From positions 32,001 through 96,000 of IMG/VR virus record IMGVR_UViG_3300009103_001660: DNA of 64,000 nucleotides, one strand, 5' to 3'. The notes beneath the pieces are model-generated. The model saw only the letters and a list, made by a program, of their open reading frames with translations. It was not told the origin of the DNA and searched no databases. The DNA is from a virus. The stretch's first letter is position 1. Each line of letters starts with the position of its first letter. Position numbers and translations under genes: made by a program. This document shows positions 9,193 through 19,353 of the stretch, in pieces.

Positions 9193-12100
9193 TTATCTAT
9201 TAAGAATTCCTCCCGCTCGTTTTTCTTTAATAATTGTTTGAACAACTTGCTGCTGGATCATATCTCCCAATCCCTTAGCCTGTTTATCATTCATACCACC
9301 ACCGCTAACCGAAGACGCCGCATTGTCCCCGTTCATATTTACATTTACTGTAATATTATTGGTCATTTCTCCGCCCCCGCCCTTCGGTTGATTAACGGCT
9401 GAACCAGCGGAACCAACTCCCGCTTCTACAAGACCGCCCTCGGCAAATTTTCTTGGAGATAAAACTCCAGCATTCATCTTATCAAAAAAGCCACGCCCCA
9501 AATTACTTACAACATCCCTATCGACAACAAATTCTCCGCCAGTTAAAAGCGCTGGGACATTACGAGAGGAGTGCCCACCAGAAGCGTTTGGTTCAAAGGG
9601 ATGCATATCGGGCCCATGCTTTAGCGCCTCCATCTCATTGACGGGCCTTCCACCTGCCTTTGGACCCCTGCCTCCCCATCCAGCTATCCTTCTTCCAGCG
9701 TTACGGAAACCTCTAAGCATTCTTCCTCCAGCGGTTCCCCGTCCGTAAAATTTACCGCCAAAAAGTCTTTCTCCCATTAGCCATCCAGAAGCCATACTAA
9801 TTCCAGCGTTTACTAAAGCACTTCTTCTATTAGCTTTCTTTTGCTTTATATAACTAAGATATTCATTCGCCCACGTTTCTAGGTTACTTAATTCTGAATC
9901 TTGATGTTGGTAGTATGCTCTTTCTCTATCTAGCCTAAGTTGGTTTTGCGGATTATCGCTGTCCAATGCGTATCCAGTAAGGTTGCCTACGTTGTGTCTT
10001 ATACCACTAACATCCCATCCCCGCTTAGAACGAACAGGCGTACCATCAGCTAACGCAACATCTGCAGATATTCCTTGACTTTGGCCACTTACCACCCATT
10101 CTGTTTTGTTTGCTTGAGACACATAAGCACCCCTAGAAGCACCCATTGCACCACCGCTATTTATTGACTGAAGGAACGACTCCATACCTGGTTGCTGTAC
10201 CACCCCTCTTCTTATTACGTACTCTCCTTGGTTCAGCCATGCGGGCACATCATCTTTATATCCAGTTCCGCCCCTAACTACGCCGCCTCCTGCATACCCC
10301 CTTATATATCCCCCCGAGGCATTTGTAACTGGTCTACCCATGCCCTGCATTCCAGCGCCAATTGGCTCAAAAATGAATCTATTGACAAATGTCGCTAGAA
10401 TTGTTTTTCTTAAATGGTCGGTCATATCTTGGAATATGTCCTTAAAGCTCGCTTTTAAATCCTTCGCACCAGTTATGGCTGCGTCAAAAGCATCAATCGT
10501 ACCGTCTCTGAATGTAGTTACAGCTACTTTTAGCGAGTCATCTACTTGTCTATAGAAATCTGATTCACTATATCTAAGCTGACTCCCCATCGACCTAAAA
10601 GAGTCATCAAGGCCATAATTTCCACGCTCTATTCTTAAGCTAGTTATCCTATCTGCCACCGCTCTAATTTCATCACCAGTTGCTCTTCCGCTTTTTTCTA
10701 GAACTTCTAAATCTTGTATGGATTCGGCTAATTCTCTGGCAGATTCTTCAAGGAAGTTAAGTTCATTATGTTGGACAATTCTTTCCAAATTATCTGAGTT
10801 TGCTGCCATATTATCATATATTGTTTTATATGTATTACCTTTCCCGCTTCTAAGTAAATCAAGATATTCTCCTCTTTTTGCGTCTTGATGAGCTCGGGTG
10901 GCAGCTATCTTATCGGGGCCATCCGCCATGTCGGTTATACTTTTAGGTAGAGTACTTATGGCGCTTTTAGCTCTGTTTAGTTTTTCCACGCTGTGTCCGT
11001 ATATACTTTTTCCAGTTCGTTTTGCACCCCCGCCTCTCCATGCTGCTGCAGCTTGCTCTGCTGGAGTTTGGCTTGCTAGAGCCTTAGCTGCCTCTGGCGA
11101 AAGATCTGCTAATAGTTTAATTAATTTTAATATTCCTTGAGCCTTGTTTTTAAACACGGCACTTTCTGAATTATTAAGATTATCAAGCGCTGTCAGGTAA
11201 TTATTGAAAGCCAATTTATAATCAGGGTCATCCTCTTCAATTCCTTGATGTATTAACCATTCAAGATCTTCCTTTGCGTGGAGCATCTTTTCTTTCAGGC
11301 CATCTACTACTTCACCGTGCTTTTCAATAGCTACATTCAAAACCTTCGTCAGCTCATCAGCTTTCTTGCCTTGCATATCTGAAAGCTTAATTTTTTCAGC
11401 TACTCCATGTCCGCCTTTATATGTAATACTTCTTTTATTTGGGTCTTGCATCATTGCTTGAGACCATAGACTTGATGCATAGCCCTGCGGACTAAGCGCG
11501 GCACTTTGACCCATGTTCCACGCGTAAGCATTTCTTCTTATGGGCGTTTGACCAGTTCCTTGTCCTGAGAATTGAGCCGCTGGAACCCATTGACCTTTAG
11601 AATTTAGTACTGCGCCATCTTGAAGGTGCTTCATCTGTTTTTTGCCCTCAGTAATCCCGTCTTGGATTTCCTTATCTTTTTTTACTGCATATGTATGTGC
11701 ATCAACGGCCCGTTGGTTTTTATGTAATGCTTCTGCTGCACCTTTTGTATTATCTACTAACTTCTGCTCTGCGGCTGGTAATTGACGGTTGGGCTGGGCG
11801 GAGAGATTGATGTTGGCGTTGGGATCTTTCAATTTTGCCGCCGCCGCTTCGAGCTGACTCGCCTGAGCCATAAGTTGCATATAATATAGTCTGGCTTTTT
11901 TCGCACCCACCACATCTACTGGCGACCCGTCAACCTCTGCACCTTTCCACCCGTATTCCACGGCCGTCGCTCTACTCATGTCGCGGACACCGTCCTTACC
12001 TTCCCCCCATTTTTCCCTTGGAACCCAACCCCTCTGCGCGGCAGGCCCACCAAACGCTCGAACATCCCCGAAAATGTGAGCCATCTTTCTATATCTTTCT

Positions 12101-15100
12101 GCTTGCGCTTTTAGTTGGTGTGGGGTAACTCTTACGTCTCCTACGCCCAACTCTTTGAGAAGAGGCATGTCTTGATATCCAATAGGTGTATCTTTAATAT
12201 AATTTAGTTTCTGAGGCGGCTGCCCCCCTGGAGAAAGTCTGGTTCCGCTGCGTTTTTTACCTTTATATTTAATATTGTAAGCGTATGATTGTCCATCTAT
12301 TGTTTTATATTCTGCTTCTAGTGTATCTGGTAGGTTTGCTTTGGTTGGGAAATCGCCAGGCCCATTACCAGCAGGCATCATGCTTCCTGCAGTCCCCAAG
12401 TCAAACCCTGCCTGTAGTCCACGCCCCTGATGGCCAGCTCCTTCTTCACCTCTCCGAAGCCACCGTTCATCCCACTCTAGACCCGCTTTATTTTTTTGCA
12501 TATCCCGAATGTTAGGCAAACCTGCCTGTCCAAGGGCCATGCGACCGATATTCATGAATGCAGGTGCCCCCATGTTCAGATTACCCATGAACATCGAAGC
12601 CCTACCAGTCGTGGGAAGTGATTGGAAGGCTGAGCTACGGTCATTTTGTCCTAGATTCACTTGACCAGGTAACCTAGCATTTACTCTATTCCATCTTTGC
12701 AGAGCGTCAGCTTTTAAAGCTTTCAAGCCTTCCTCGGGCACACCCTGCTCTTCGGCAACTGCGGCGGTATCCATTGTAGCTAAAAATTTCAACATTGCTC
12801 TAGGGTCTTTTGCGCCTGGTGTGCCCCTTTTCACCCTATTAGTTTGGAAAGCGGCACCCGCTAAAGTCTCCAGTGTTCTTTCCCTCCCATGGACTTGTTT
12901 TTTTCCACCAAGGTTCCAAAGTGAGTCCATCGTGACTGGCCCCTTCGCCATCGACGTCATAGCGGCCAAGAACGCCTCTTCTGAGTGTGCGCCCGCAGTT
13001 GTTTCCCCAATTGCCCCGAGACCAGCGCCATATGTGAATTGGTTGCTTGGAATATATGTTCCTATTTGTCCCCGTTGCTTTGCTCCTCTTTTTCCTTTCA
13101 GAATGTTGTACTGGCGCATGGCATTAGACAAATCTTCTGGACTCTTTATCTTACCTCCTGGAACAAACTGCCCTAAATTCTGTAGGCTTTCTTTTCCGAT
13201 CGCGCCCTCCATATTAGCGATAAACTCTCGCATATTAGTAAATAGATCTTTATTCAGTTGACTCATCTGCCGCATATTCTCATTAAGAGCGAGAGCTCTC
13301 CTTATCTCTTCCAGCTTTGTGTGTATGCTTTGTTGACCAGCCGTGTTAGACGATGCCATATGTGCAGTAGATGCTTCCTGAACAGCTTGTAGAGCTTGGT
13401 GCCCAGAAAATACGGTACCAACTAACTGATTTAAATTATTTACTCTTATAGCTTTATCAAAAGCAGTGAACATTTCATTTTCTCTGGTATTTAGTGAAAG
13501 CGCCTGAAGAACCTTGAGGTCGACTATTCTATCCCTAATCTCTTGCATGTGTAGAGATGGGTCTTTTATCTGAGCACGAATCTGTTTCTCTGCGACCTGT
13601 CTTGCGTTCGCTAGATTTGTTAATTTTTTAGTTACACTTTCTTTCCCCGATGGGGTAGTAGCAAGTTCTGGGAAATTCCTGAGAGTCAATAAGGATTTTT
13701 GTTGGATATCTACCGCTCTTCCTTCTATTGCCCTTCTAATTAAATCTTTAGGCATATCTGGTCCTTCTGCCCCGTAAGACCCCTGAATTAAATCAAGCAT
13801 TTGAAGCGAAGCTCTACCGCTTGTTATTGTTCCTAAATCTCCTCCAAATGTTCCAGCCTGTCCTCTTAATCTCTGGATTCTGTCTAAGGTGGGACGAATA
13901 TTTTGCCCTTCCATATATCCTTTTGCCCCGCCCAGTAAACCTAGCTCCAAGTTTTGAACATTTATTTTTCTTGATAGCTCACTTTGTATTCTTAGTTCCG
14001 CAAGTTCCATTTGGTGAGCCTGAAGAGCTTTAGCTCTATCTTGGTTTGCTTTTTCTGCGCTCGTTCTCAGTTGATCTAAAATTTGTGTTTGTAGCAATCC
14101 TTGCCCGCCCATAATCGTTTGAAGTTCGGTATTGTTAATTAGCATTTTTTTGAGATGATCTTCTATATCTTCTTGATCTTCTCCCGCCCTAAACATGTCT
14201 GAGGCCTCTTCAAAAATTTCTAACAGCGCGTCACGTTGGGCTCCAGCTTTTCCTATTTTAACAATATCTGTTGTTGATATAGCTTTATTTGTTGCTTGTT
14301 GGCTTATTGCTAAATTATTTATTTGATCATTAACTGTAACTAATCTTTTAGATAAATTTTCTAAAAAGCTACTCTGGCTTTTTAGTTGTATTTTCTGCAT
14401 TTTAGTAATAGTTTTGTTTGCGAGCTCCAAGTCTTTAATTGTGTATTCCGATACCCTTGTTGCCTCTTCCCCCATAAATGGCTCTGCAAGCTTAGAGGTG
14501 GAACGTACCCTATTCAAAAGAGTTTTCCTTTGAAAATTACCGAGCGTATGGTCCATTTCCGCTATAGATTTTTGAAGGTCTTGAACTCTTGTTATCGCCC
14601 CGCTCAAAGCTATGCCAGCAGCTTTTATAGCTTCTTCATACTCTTTACTTATCGCCAGCTCTTCGTTTCTTAATTCATTAAGTACCGCTTGGTGGGCAGC
14701 CGCTTTTTCAGCCCACATCGCAGCAACATTTGCTTCTTTAGCCATCTTTTTTAGTGCTTCTATAAGCACTGGTATGTCATGCTCTTTTGTGTGTTTTCCC
14801 TTTTCAAGCCCACCAAAAATATTATCTCTAAGCATTTTGAATGCTCTTGGATCTGTACCTTTTAGATTAGTTTGAAGTGCGTCCATTATCTGTGGTACAC
14901 CACCCGCCCCCTGCATTTGTCTAAGAAAGTTTTCTCTCTGTTCTCTAGTCATGTTACTCATTTGACCTGATACGCCTAAGGATGTAGATATATTTTTTAC
15001 GTCTCTTTCAAGGGCTAGTTTGCCACTAGCGGTGTCTTGATCGTATATTCTACCTTGAAGGTTAACGCGCTCGTCCATTAGGTCTCCATACCTCATCGCG

Positions 15101-18100
15101 CCTCCAATTAAGGCTGCTCCGCCCGCGCCCATTGCCATTGTTTTGCCAAACCCGCCTGCGGCTGTGCCTCCCATTAAGCCTTTTTTGGAACGCTGCGCTC
15201 CTCTAGCTAATTTAGTTACACTAACTGCTCTTTTAGCCTTAACTGCCCTGTAACCTAATTGACCCACGCGGGCGGCGGTCCCAATTCCGCCCGTGGTCAC
15301 AGCGAGGGCAGCGCCTATAGCGACCTCTCTACCTATTGCTTTTACCCATCCCCCTATGCCACTGCCTTTTTCTATCCCAAGAAATGCTCTTGCGTAGTCC
15401 ATTGGGCCAGTACCTCCCTGTTTGTCCTTAATGACATTAGACAGGGTTCTCTTGCTTTCTAAATCTGCTTGGAAGGCAGCTAGGGTTTCTTGTATTGTTA
15501 CGAGTCTGTTTACATCTTGTTGAATCTTAGTGACGAGTATTTGCATTTTTGCATCGTCGCCAGTCGCCATTGCTTGTTGAACTTGGTCTCTATATTTTTC
15601 TGGAATTTTTTCTAAAGACTCTGCCATTTGAGATTTAACTATAGCCATTTCTTCTCCAGATCCTCCAGTGGCCAAAAGAGCATTATATTTTTGCATCCCT
15701 TGCAATAAACCATTCACCCCAGAGGTAACCTCTTTGGCGCTCTCTTTGAATCTTTCAAGAGCGTCAGTCATTTGTTTTATCTCGGAAGTGGCTGCTTCTT
15801 GCATTTTTGATTTTCTCATCATCATCCCTGCGGTACCTCCAGCTAAAGCACCCATCGGGCCCAACATGCCTCCCATACCAGCCCACATTGCAGTTTCTCC
15901 CCAGCCCTCTATGCTAGCTTTATCTATTCTTCCCTGTTTAGTGCTGGTATCTTTAAACTGGGCTAAGCTTTGGGTAAGCATGGGCATCATCATTAGGGCC
16001 ATCATGCCTCCCCCCTGCCATCTTTCACCAATTTTTGACATCATTCCAGCTGTGGCACCAGCGCGAGCGGCATTTGCTGCTCCCCCGCCGACGACAGCAC
16101 CAGCAGCAGCCTTAGTTTTATTTCCTGCGGCAGCTGCGTCAGCTGCAAACTTGGTTCCCGCCTTAGCCGCTTTGTCCATGGCTTGTGTCAGAACTGTCGT
16201 TGCTCCTTTTTGTTTTCGGCTTTTTTGGATTAATGCTTCCATTTCTTTTGCATTAACCTTTTCAGCCCTAGCCATTCTTCTCAGGCCATCTATAAATTTA
16301 TCCATCTCTACGGCAGTTAATCCAACCCTTTTTCCGCCAAATAAAGTTGTCCCAACGAAATTGGGAATAAGCCCCTCACCCATACCATGGAATTTTGGAT
16401 TAATTCCAGCTTTTCTAGACCTATTGATACCGACACTTACGCTGCCGCTTGGGCCCTCATCTATGGTATTTGTAACGGCAAGCCCCATGGGGTTTCCACC
16501 AGTTCTTAGAGAGGCGTGAGAACCCACCCTTATTGAGCTCAGGGGCGCTCCTGAGGCTATTTCTCTCGAGATTGCAGCCCCGATACCCCCTCCCTCAGCA
16601 AAGTTCGGTACAAAGCCTCCTGCGCCGTAAAAATCGGTTTTTACTTTCCCCTTTGACGTGTGCTTTAATACTTTATCTCGCATTTTCCGAAGAGAGTCTG
16701 CGCTGTAGTTAAGTTTTAATTCCGCGGCATTTTTGGTCCCAGCTTTAGAGGTAAACAATCCCAGCCTGTCAAGAGCTGATCTACCATCACCAGTTATATC
16801 AAAAGTCGTATTCCCTGGGCCCGCAGGTCTTCTTGCGTCCCCGCTCGTTATGACCGCTTCTCTTATTAGGCCATCAAATAGGTTACCCAGAGTTTGTGGA
16901 AGATTGCTCTGAGCCATTACCCTCTCCGCAAAACCTACTCCAGTTTTAGTGCCCGCATTAATTCCCGAATATCCCATTGCTTTTGGCAAGCCCATGTGAT
17001 CAGCCAGCTTAGCTAGGGTTTCGCCAAGATATCGTTTGGCTTTAGGCTCAAACTCTTGGCCTGGCGGAATCTTTCCGCCGACCATTCCAGCGGTAGGAAA
17101 ACTAACAGCATATCTTGTTTGATCTTTTGCTGACTTGCGGGGTTTGGTTATCATAGTTTCTATACTTGGACCCCTGCGTTGACTGACCAACATAAGATAC
17201 TGACTTCCGTCAACGGGTACCGCATTCGACACACCCTTCACCTTACCACGAGCCCCCTCCCTCTTTGCTCGAGCGGTCATTCTATTAATAAAGGTTGAGT
17301 CCCTACCCCCATACCCCTTTTGAACATTTATACTGCTAACTTGGCCAGATTTAACCGCCCCATATAACGCACCCAATGTTCCGCCATCCTTAAGAAAAGC
17401 TGACGGAGAAGGTAGGGCAGCAAAGTTAGGGGTATAAGGGTTAAACCCGTGTGCTGCACCAAAAGCTTTTGCGTAACTAGAGCCAGCAGGACTTGAAGAG
17501 GGCGGCATTATAGCTGGTTGACTAAATCCTGGAAAATGTTTAATTTTTTCTCTTGAATTATATACTACTCTACCATAGTTGGGTATATGTCTTTCCCTAA
17601 TAGATCCAGCATTATAACCCGCTCTTGCTGCGGCCGATCTTTCCATCCTAGCTTCTCTTGGCGTGACTGCAAAATTTGGTACGTGTCCAGAAGCCTTTAT
17701 CCTTACGCCACCAAAACCACCCGCTCTTTGTGCTGCAGCTACCCTTGCCGCAATCTGTTCTGTTTTTAGTAGTTCAGCGTTTTTCATCTTAATGGTATCT
17801 AAGATTTGCCTGACTACCAGCGCCTCTTCCTTTTCTCCTTTTACTGCTCTACGAATAAGATCGGGCTGCTTCATCATCATGTCCGCAATCATGGTTTGAA
17901 GTTGAGCTTGCTGCTTAGCTGCGGAGTTCATTCCAGTGATTGTCGCCACCGCAGCGCCCGTGAACTTTGCAAATTGTACTGTTAGTTTGGCAATTAAAAG
18001 TCCTGCCATCGCCAAACCTGGCCCGCTCAATATCTTACCAATACCCTCTAAAATTCCCTTGCCTACCTTTGCACCTACATCGTTCGATTCTGCAGATTTA

Positions 18101-19311
18101 AACATTTGCTCAAGAATATAGTTTGTTGCGTTAAGAACATTTTTAATTGTCGGAGATAAAGTTAATTCCCCTAGCGCTGCTCCAGCCTTTTTTGCATTCG
18201 TCGCTGTTTCATTGAGTAAGTGGGAAAGCGTTTTAGATAAAGCGTCATTTCTTTTTATGGCCTGATCAGTTGTGTTGTTTGATATCCCAAGAGCTCTATC
18301 ATATATGTTATATTGCTGTGTCAAGTCAGACATAATTGCCTTCAACACGTTTACCTGAAATACACCGCCAAGCAATTCTGCAGTTTGAGCTCTTTGGGCA
18401 GTACTTAATGTTTGGTACGCCTTCGCATAGTTTTTGAGAGTTTGCATGGCGGGAAGCATTTCGCCGTGGGCATCTCTCACGGCTATACCTAATGCTTCAA
18501 AAGCTTCTACCACTCTGGGTCTTTGAATTCTTGTAAATAAAGTCTTTAAACTGTTACCAATAACGGCACCACCGCGAGCGGTTTTTACTTGTGCCGTTGT
18601 TACGATGCCCATGAGTTCATCTACGCTAACACCAGCTGCTTCTGCGGAACTACCCACGCGCCTGAATGCTTCAGCTAAATCCCTTTCGCTGACCGCAAAT
18701 TGTGCTGCGACGTTAGCCATTTTATTAATTAATTTAGTCGAATCTAGAGCGGCATCATTAAAGGTGTTGAGCGCAGCGGTTATAGCCATAACGCTCTTTT
18801 CAACCTCTAAGCCTGAAAGTCTTGTTAAAATTAGGGCATCCTTTGTCCGTTTCAAGGTTTCTGTAGCAGTTAAGCCCATTCTTGAAAACTCTGTTGCGGC
18901 CCTAGCTACCTCTGAAAATGATTGCCCAGTTTTCTTAGCAACATTAAAAAGTTCATCACCGAAAGTTCGAAGCGATGATGTGCTTAATTGGAAGATACTG
19001 TTAAGCTGAGTTAATTCCCTCTCTACCTCTATTGCAGCTTCTGCAACAGCCTTTAAAGATCTGCCTACCGCATAAATTACCCCAGCACTGGCGCCAAAGG
19101 CCAGAACACGAGCGTTCGCAGCCTCCATTGAGTTAGTAAATTCATCTACGGCACCAGTAATTCTACCTAACGGCTGGGTAAAAGATCGGGTATTTAATCC
19201 CTTTAATCTAATATTGGTACGCTCCGCTTTGTTAATAAAGCGACTTAGTTCGCGTTCCGCCTTCGACATGTCGACGGTTGCAGAACCTCTTAAATTAAAG
19301 ACTGAAGCCAT
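9193..19311 (-). CDS. Tail tape measure protein (3372 aa), TP901-family core
   Basis: N-terminal core (TGQSFSEVARAATEFSRMGL, RTKDALILTRLSGL, GAVIGNSLKTLFTR); Ala/Gly-rich helical body; C-terminal GG.V.G.G..D.VPA.L..GEYVI; follows tube and chaperone genes. Confidence 0.92.
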   Translation of the reverse strand: MASVFNLRGSATVDMSKAERELSRFINKAERTNIRLKGLNTRSFTQPLGRITGAVDEFTNSMEAANARVLAFGASAGVIYAVGRSLKAVAEAAIEVERELTQLNSIFQLSTSSLRTFGDELFNVAKKTGQSFSEVARAATEFSRMGLTATETLKRTKDALILTRLSGLEVEKSVMAITAALNTFNDAALDSTKLINKMANVAAQFAVSERDLAEAFRRVGSSAEAAGVSVDELMGIVTTAQVKTARGGAVIGNSLKTLFTRIQRPRVVEAFEALGIAVRDAHGEMLPAMQTLKNYAKAYQTLSTAQRAQTAELLGGVFQVNVLKAIMSDLTQQYNIYDRALGISNNTTDQAIKRNDALSKTLSHLLNETATNAKKAGAALGELTLSPTIKNVLNATNYILEQMFKSAESNDVGAKVGKGILEGIGKILSGPGLAMAGLLIAKLTVQFAKFTGAAVATITGMNSAAKQQAQLQTMIADMMMKQPDLIRRAVKGEKEEALVVRQILDTIKMKNAELLKTEQIAARVAAAQRAGGFGGVRIKASGHVPNFAVTPREARMERSAAARAGYNAGSIRERHIPNYGRVVYNSREKIKHFPGFSQPAIMPPSSSPAGSSYAKAFGAAHGFNPYTPNFAALPSPSAFLKDGGTLGALYGAVKSGQVSSINVQKGYGGRDSTFINRMTARAKREGARGKVKGVSNAVPVDGSQYLMLVSQRRGPSIETMITKPRKSAKDQTRYAVSFPTAGMVGGKIPPGQEFEPKAKRYLGETLAKLADHMGLPKAMGYSGINAGTKTGVGFAERVMAQSNLPQTLGNLFDGLIREAVITSGDARRPAGPGNTTFDITGDGRSALDRLGLFTSKAGTKNAAELKLNYSADSLRKMRDKVLKHTSKGKVKTDFYGAGGFVPNFAEGGGIGAAISREIASGAPLSSIRVGSHASLRTGGNPMGLAVTNTIDEGPSGSVSVGINRSRKAGINPKFHGMGEGLIPNFVGTTLFGGKRVGLTAVEMDKFIDGLRRMARAEKVNAKEMEALIQKSRKQKGATTVLTQAMDKAAKAGTKFAADAAAAGNKTKAAAGAVVGGGAANAARAGATAGMMSKIGERWQGGGMMALMMMPMLTQSLAQFKDTSTKQGRIDKASIEGWGETAMWAGMGGMLGPMGALAGGTAGMMMRKSKMQEAATSEIKQMTDALERFKESAKEVTSGVNGLLQGMQKYNALLATGGSGEEMAIVKSQMAESLEKIPEKYRDQVQQAMATGDDAKMQILVTKIQQDVNRLVTIQETLAAFQADLESKRTLSNVIKDKQGGTGPMDYARAFLGIEKGSGIGGWVKAIGREVAIGAALAVTTGGIGTAARVGQLGYRAVKAKRAVSVTKLARGAQRSKKGLMGGTAAGGFGKTMAMGAGGAALIGGAMRYGDLMDERVNLQGRIYDQDTASGKLALERDVKNISTSLGVSGQMSNMTREQRENFLRQMQGAGGVPQIMDALQTNLKGTDPRAFKMLRDNIFGGLEKGKHTKEHDIPVLIEALKKMAKEANVAAMWAEKAAAHQAVLNELRNEELAISKEYEEAIKAAGIALSGAITRVQDLQKSIAEMDHTLGNFQRKTLLNRVRSTSKLAEPFMGEEATRVSEYTIKDLELANKTITKMQKIQLKSQSSFLENLSKRLVTVNDQINNLAISQQATNKAISTTDIVKIGKAGAQRDALLEIFEEASDMFRAGEDQEDIEDHLKKMLINNTELQTIMGGQGLLQTQILDQLRTSAEKANQDRAKALQAHQMELAELRIQSELSRKINVQNLELGLLGGAKGYMEGQNIRPTLDRIQRLRGQAGTFGGDLGTITSGRASLQMLDLIQGSYGAEGPDMPKDLIRRAIEGRAVDIQQKSLLTLRNFPELATTPSGKESVTKKLTNLANARQVAEKQIRAQIKDPSLHMQEIRDRIVDLKVLQALSLNTRENEMFTAFDKAIRVNNLNQLVGTVFSGHQALQAVQEASTAHMASSNTAGQQSIHTKLEEIRRALALNENMRQMSQLNKDLFTNMREFIANMEGAIGKESLQNLGQFVPGGKIKSPEDLSNAMRQYNILKGKRGAKQRGQIGTYIPSNQFTYGAGLGAIGETTAGAHSEEAFLAAMTSMAKGPVTMDSLWNLGGKKQVHGRERTLETLAGAAFQTNRVKRGTPGAKDPRAMLKFLATMDTAAVAEEQGVPEEGLKALKADALQRWNRVNARLPGQVNLGQNDRSSAFQSLPTTGRASMFMGNLNMGAPAFMNIGRMALGQAGLPNIRDMQKNKAGLEWDERWLRRGEEGAGHQGRGLQAGFDLGTAGSMMPAGNGPGDFPTKANLPDTLEAEYKTIDGQSYAYNIKYKGKKRSGTRLSPGGQPPQKLNYIKDTPIGYQDMPLLKELGVGDVRVTPHQLKAQAERYRKMAHIFGDVRAFGGPAAQRGWVPREKWGEGKDGVRDMSRATAVEYGWKGAEVDGSPVDVVGAKKARLYYMQLMAQASQLEAAAAKLKDPNANINLSAQPNRQLPAAEQKLVDNTKGAAEALHKNQRAVDAHTYAVKKDKEIQDGITEGKKQMKHLQDGAVLNSKGQWVPAAQFSGQGTGQTPIRRNAYAWNMGQSAALSPQGYASSLWSQAMMQDPNKRSITYKGGHGVAEKIKLSDMQGKKADELTKVLNVAIEKHGEVVDGLKEKMLHAKEDLEWLIHQGIEEDDPDYKLAFNNYLTALDNLNNSESAVFKNKAQGILKLIKLLADLSPEAAKALASQTPAEQAAAAWRGGGAKRTGKSIYGHSVEKLNRAKSAISTLPKSITDMADGPDKIAATRAHQDAKRGEYLDLLRSGKGNTYKTIYDNMAANSDNLERIVQHNELNFLEESARELAESIQDLEVLEKSGRATGDEIRAVADRITSLRIERGNYGLDDSFRSMGSQLRYSESDFYRQVDDSLKVAVTTFRDGTIDAFDAAITGAKDLKASFKDIFQDMTDHLRKTILATFVNRFIFEPIGAGMQGMGRPVTNASGGYIRGYAGGGVVRGGTGYKDDVPAWLNQGEYVIRRGVVQQPGMESFLQSINSGGAMGASRGAYVSQANKTEWVVSGQSQGISADVALADGTPVRSKRGWDVSGIRHNVGNLTGYALDSDNPQNQLRLDRERAYYQHQDSELSNLETWANEYLSYIKQKKANRRSALVNAGISMASGWLMGERLFGGKFYGRGTAGGRMLRGFRNAGRRIAGWGGRGPKAGGRPVNEMEALKHGPDMHPFEPNASGGHSSRNVPALLTGGEFVVDRDVVSNLGRGFFDKMNAGVLSPRKFAEGGLVEAGVGSAGSAVNQPKGGGGEMTNNITVNVNMNGDNAASSVSGGGMNDKQAKGLGDMIQQQVVQTIIKEKRAGGILNR

Positions 19312-19333
19312 ATACCTTTTTCCCTGACACTAA

Positions 19334-19340
19334 TTACACT
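19334..19340 (-). promoter_or_regulatory. Putative late promoter motif AGTGTAA
   Basis: Minus strand reads AAGTGTAATTAGTGTC, 22 nt upstream of the tape measure ATG. Confidence 0.5.
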
Positions 19341-19353
19341 TTTTTGGTTCAAA

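Noticed and set aside
15668-16519. 283-aa plus-strand ORF, and the many other short ORFs antisense to long genes
   Set aside because: These are shadows of GC-richer, Ala/Gly-rich coding strands; no RBS, promoter motif or recognisable domain.
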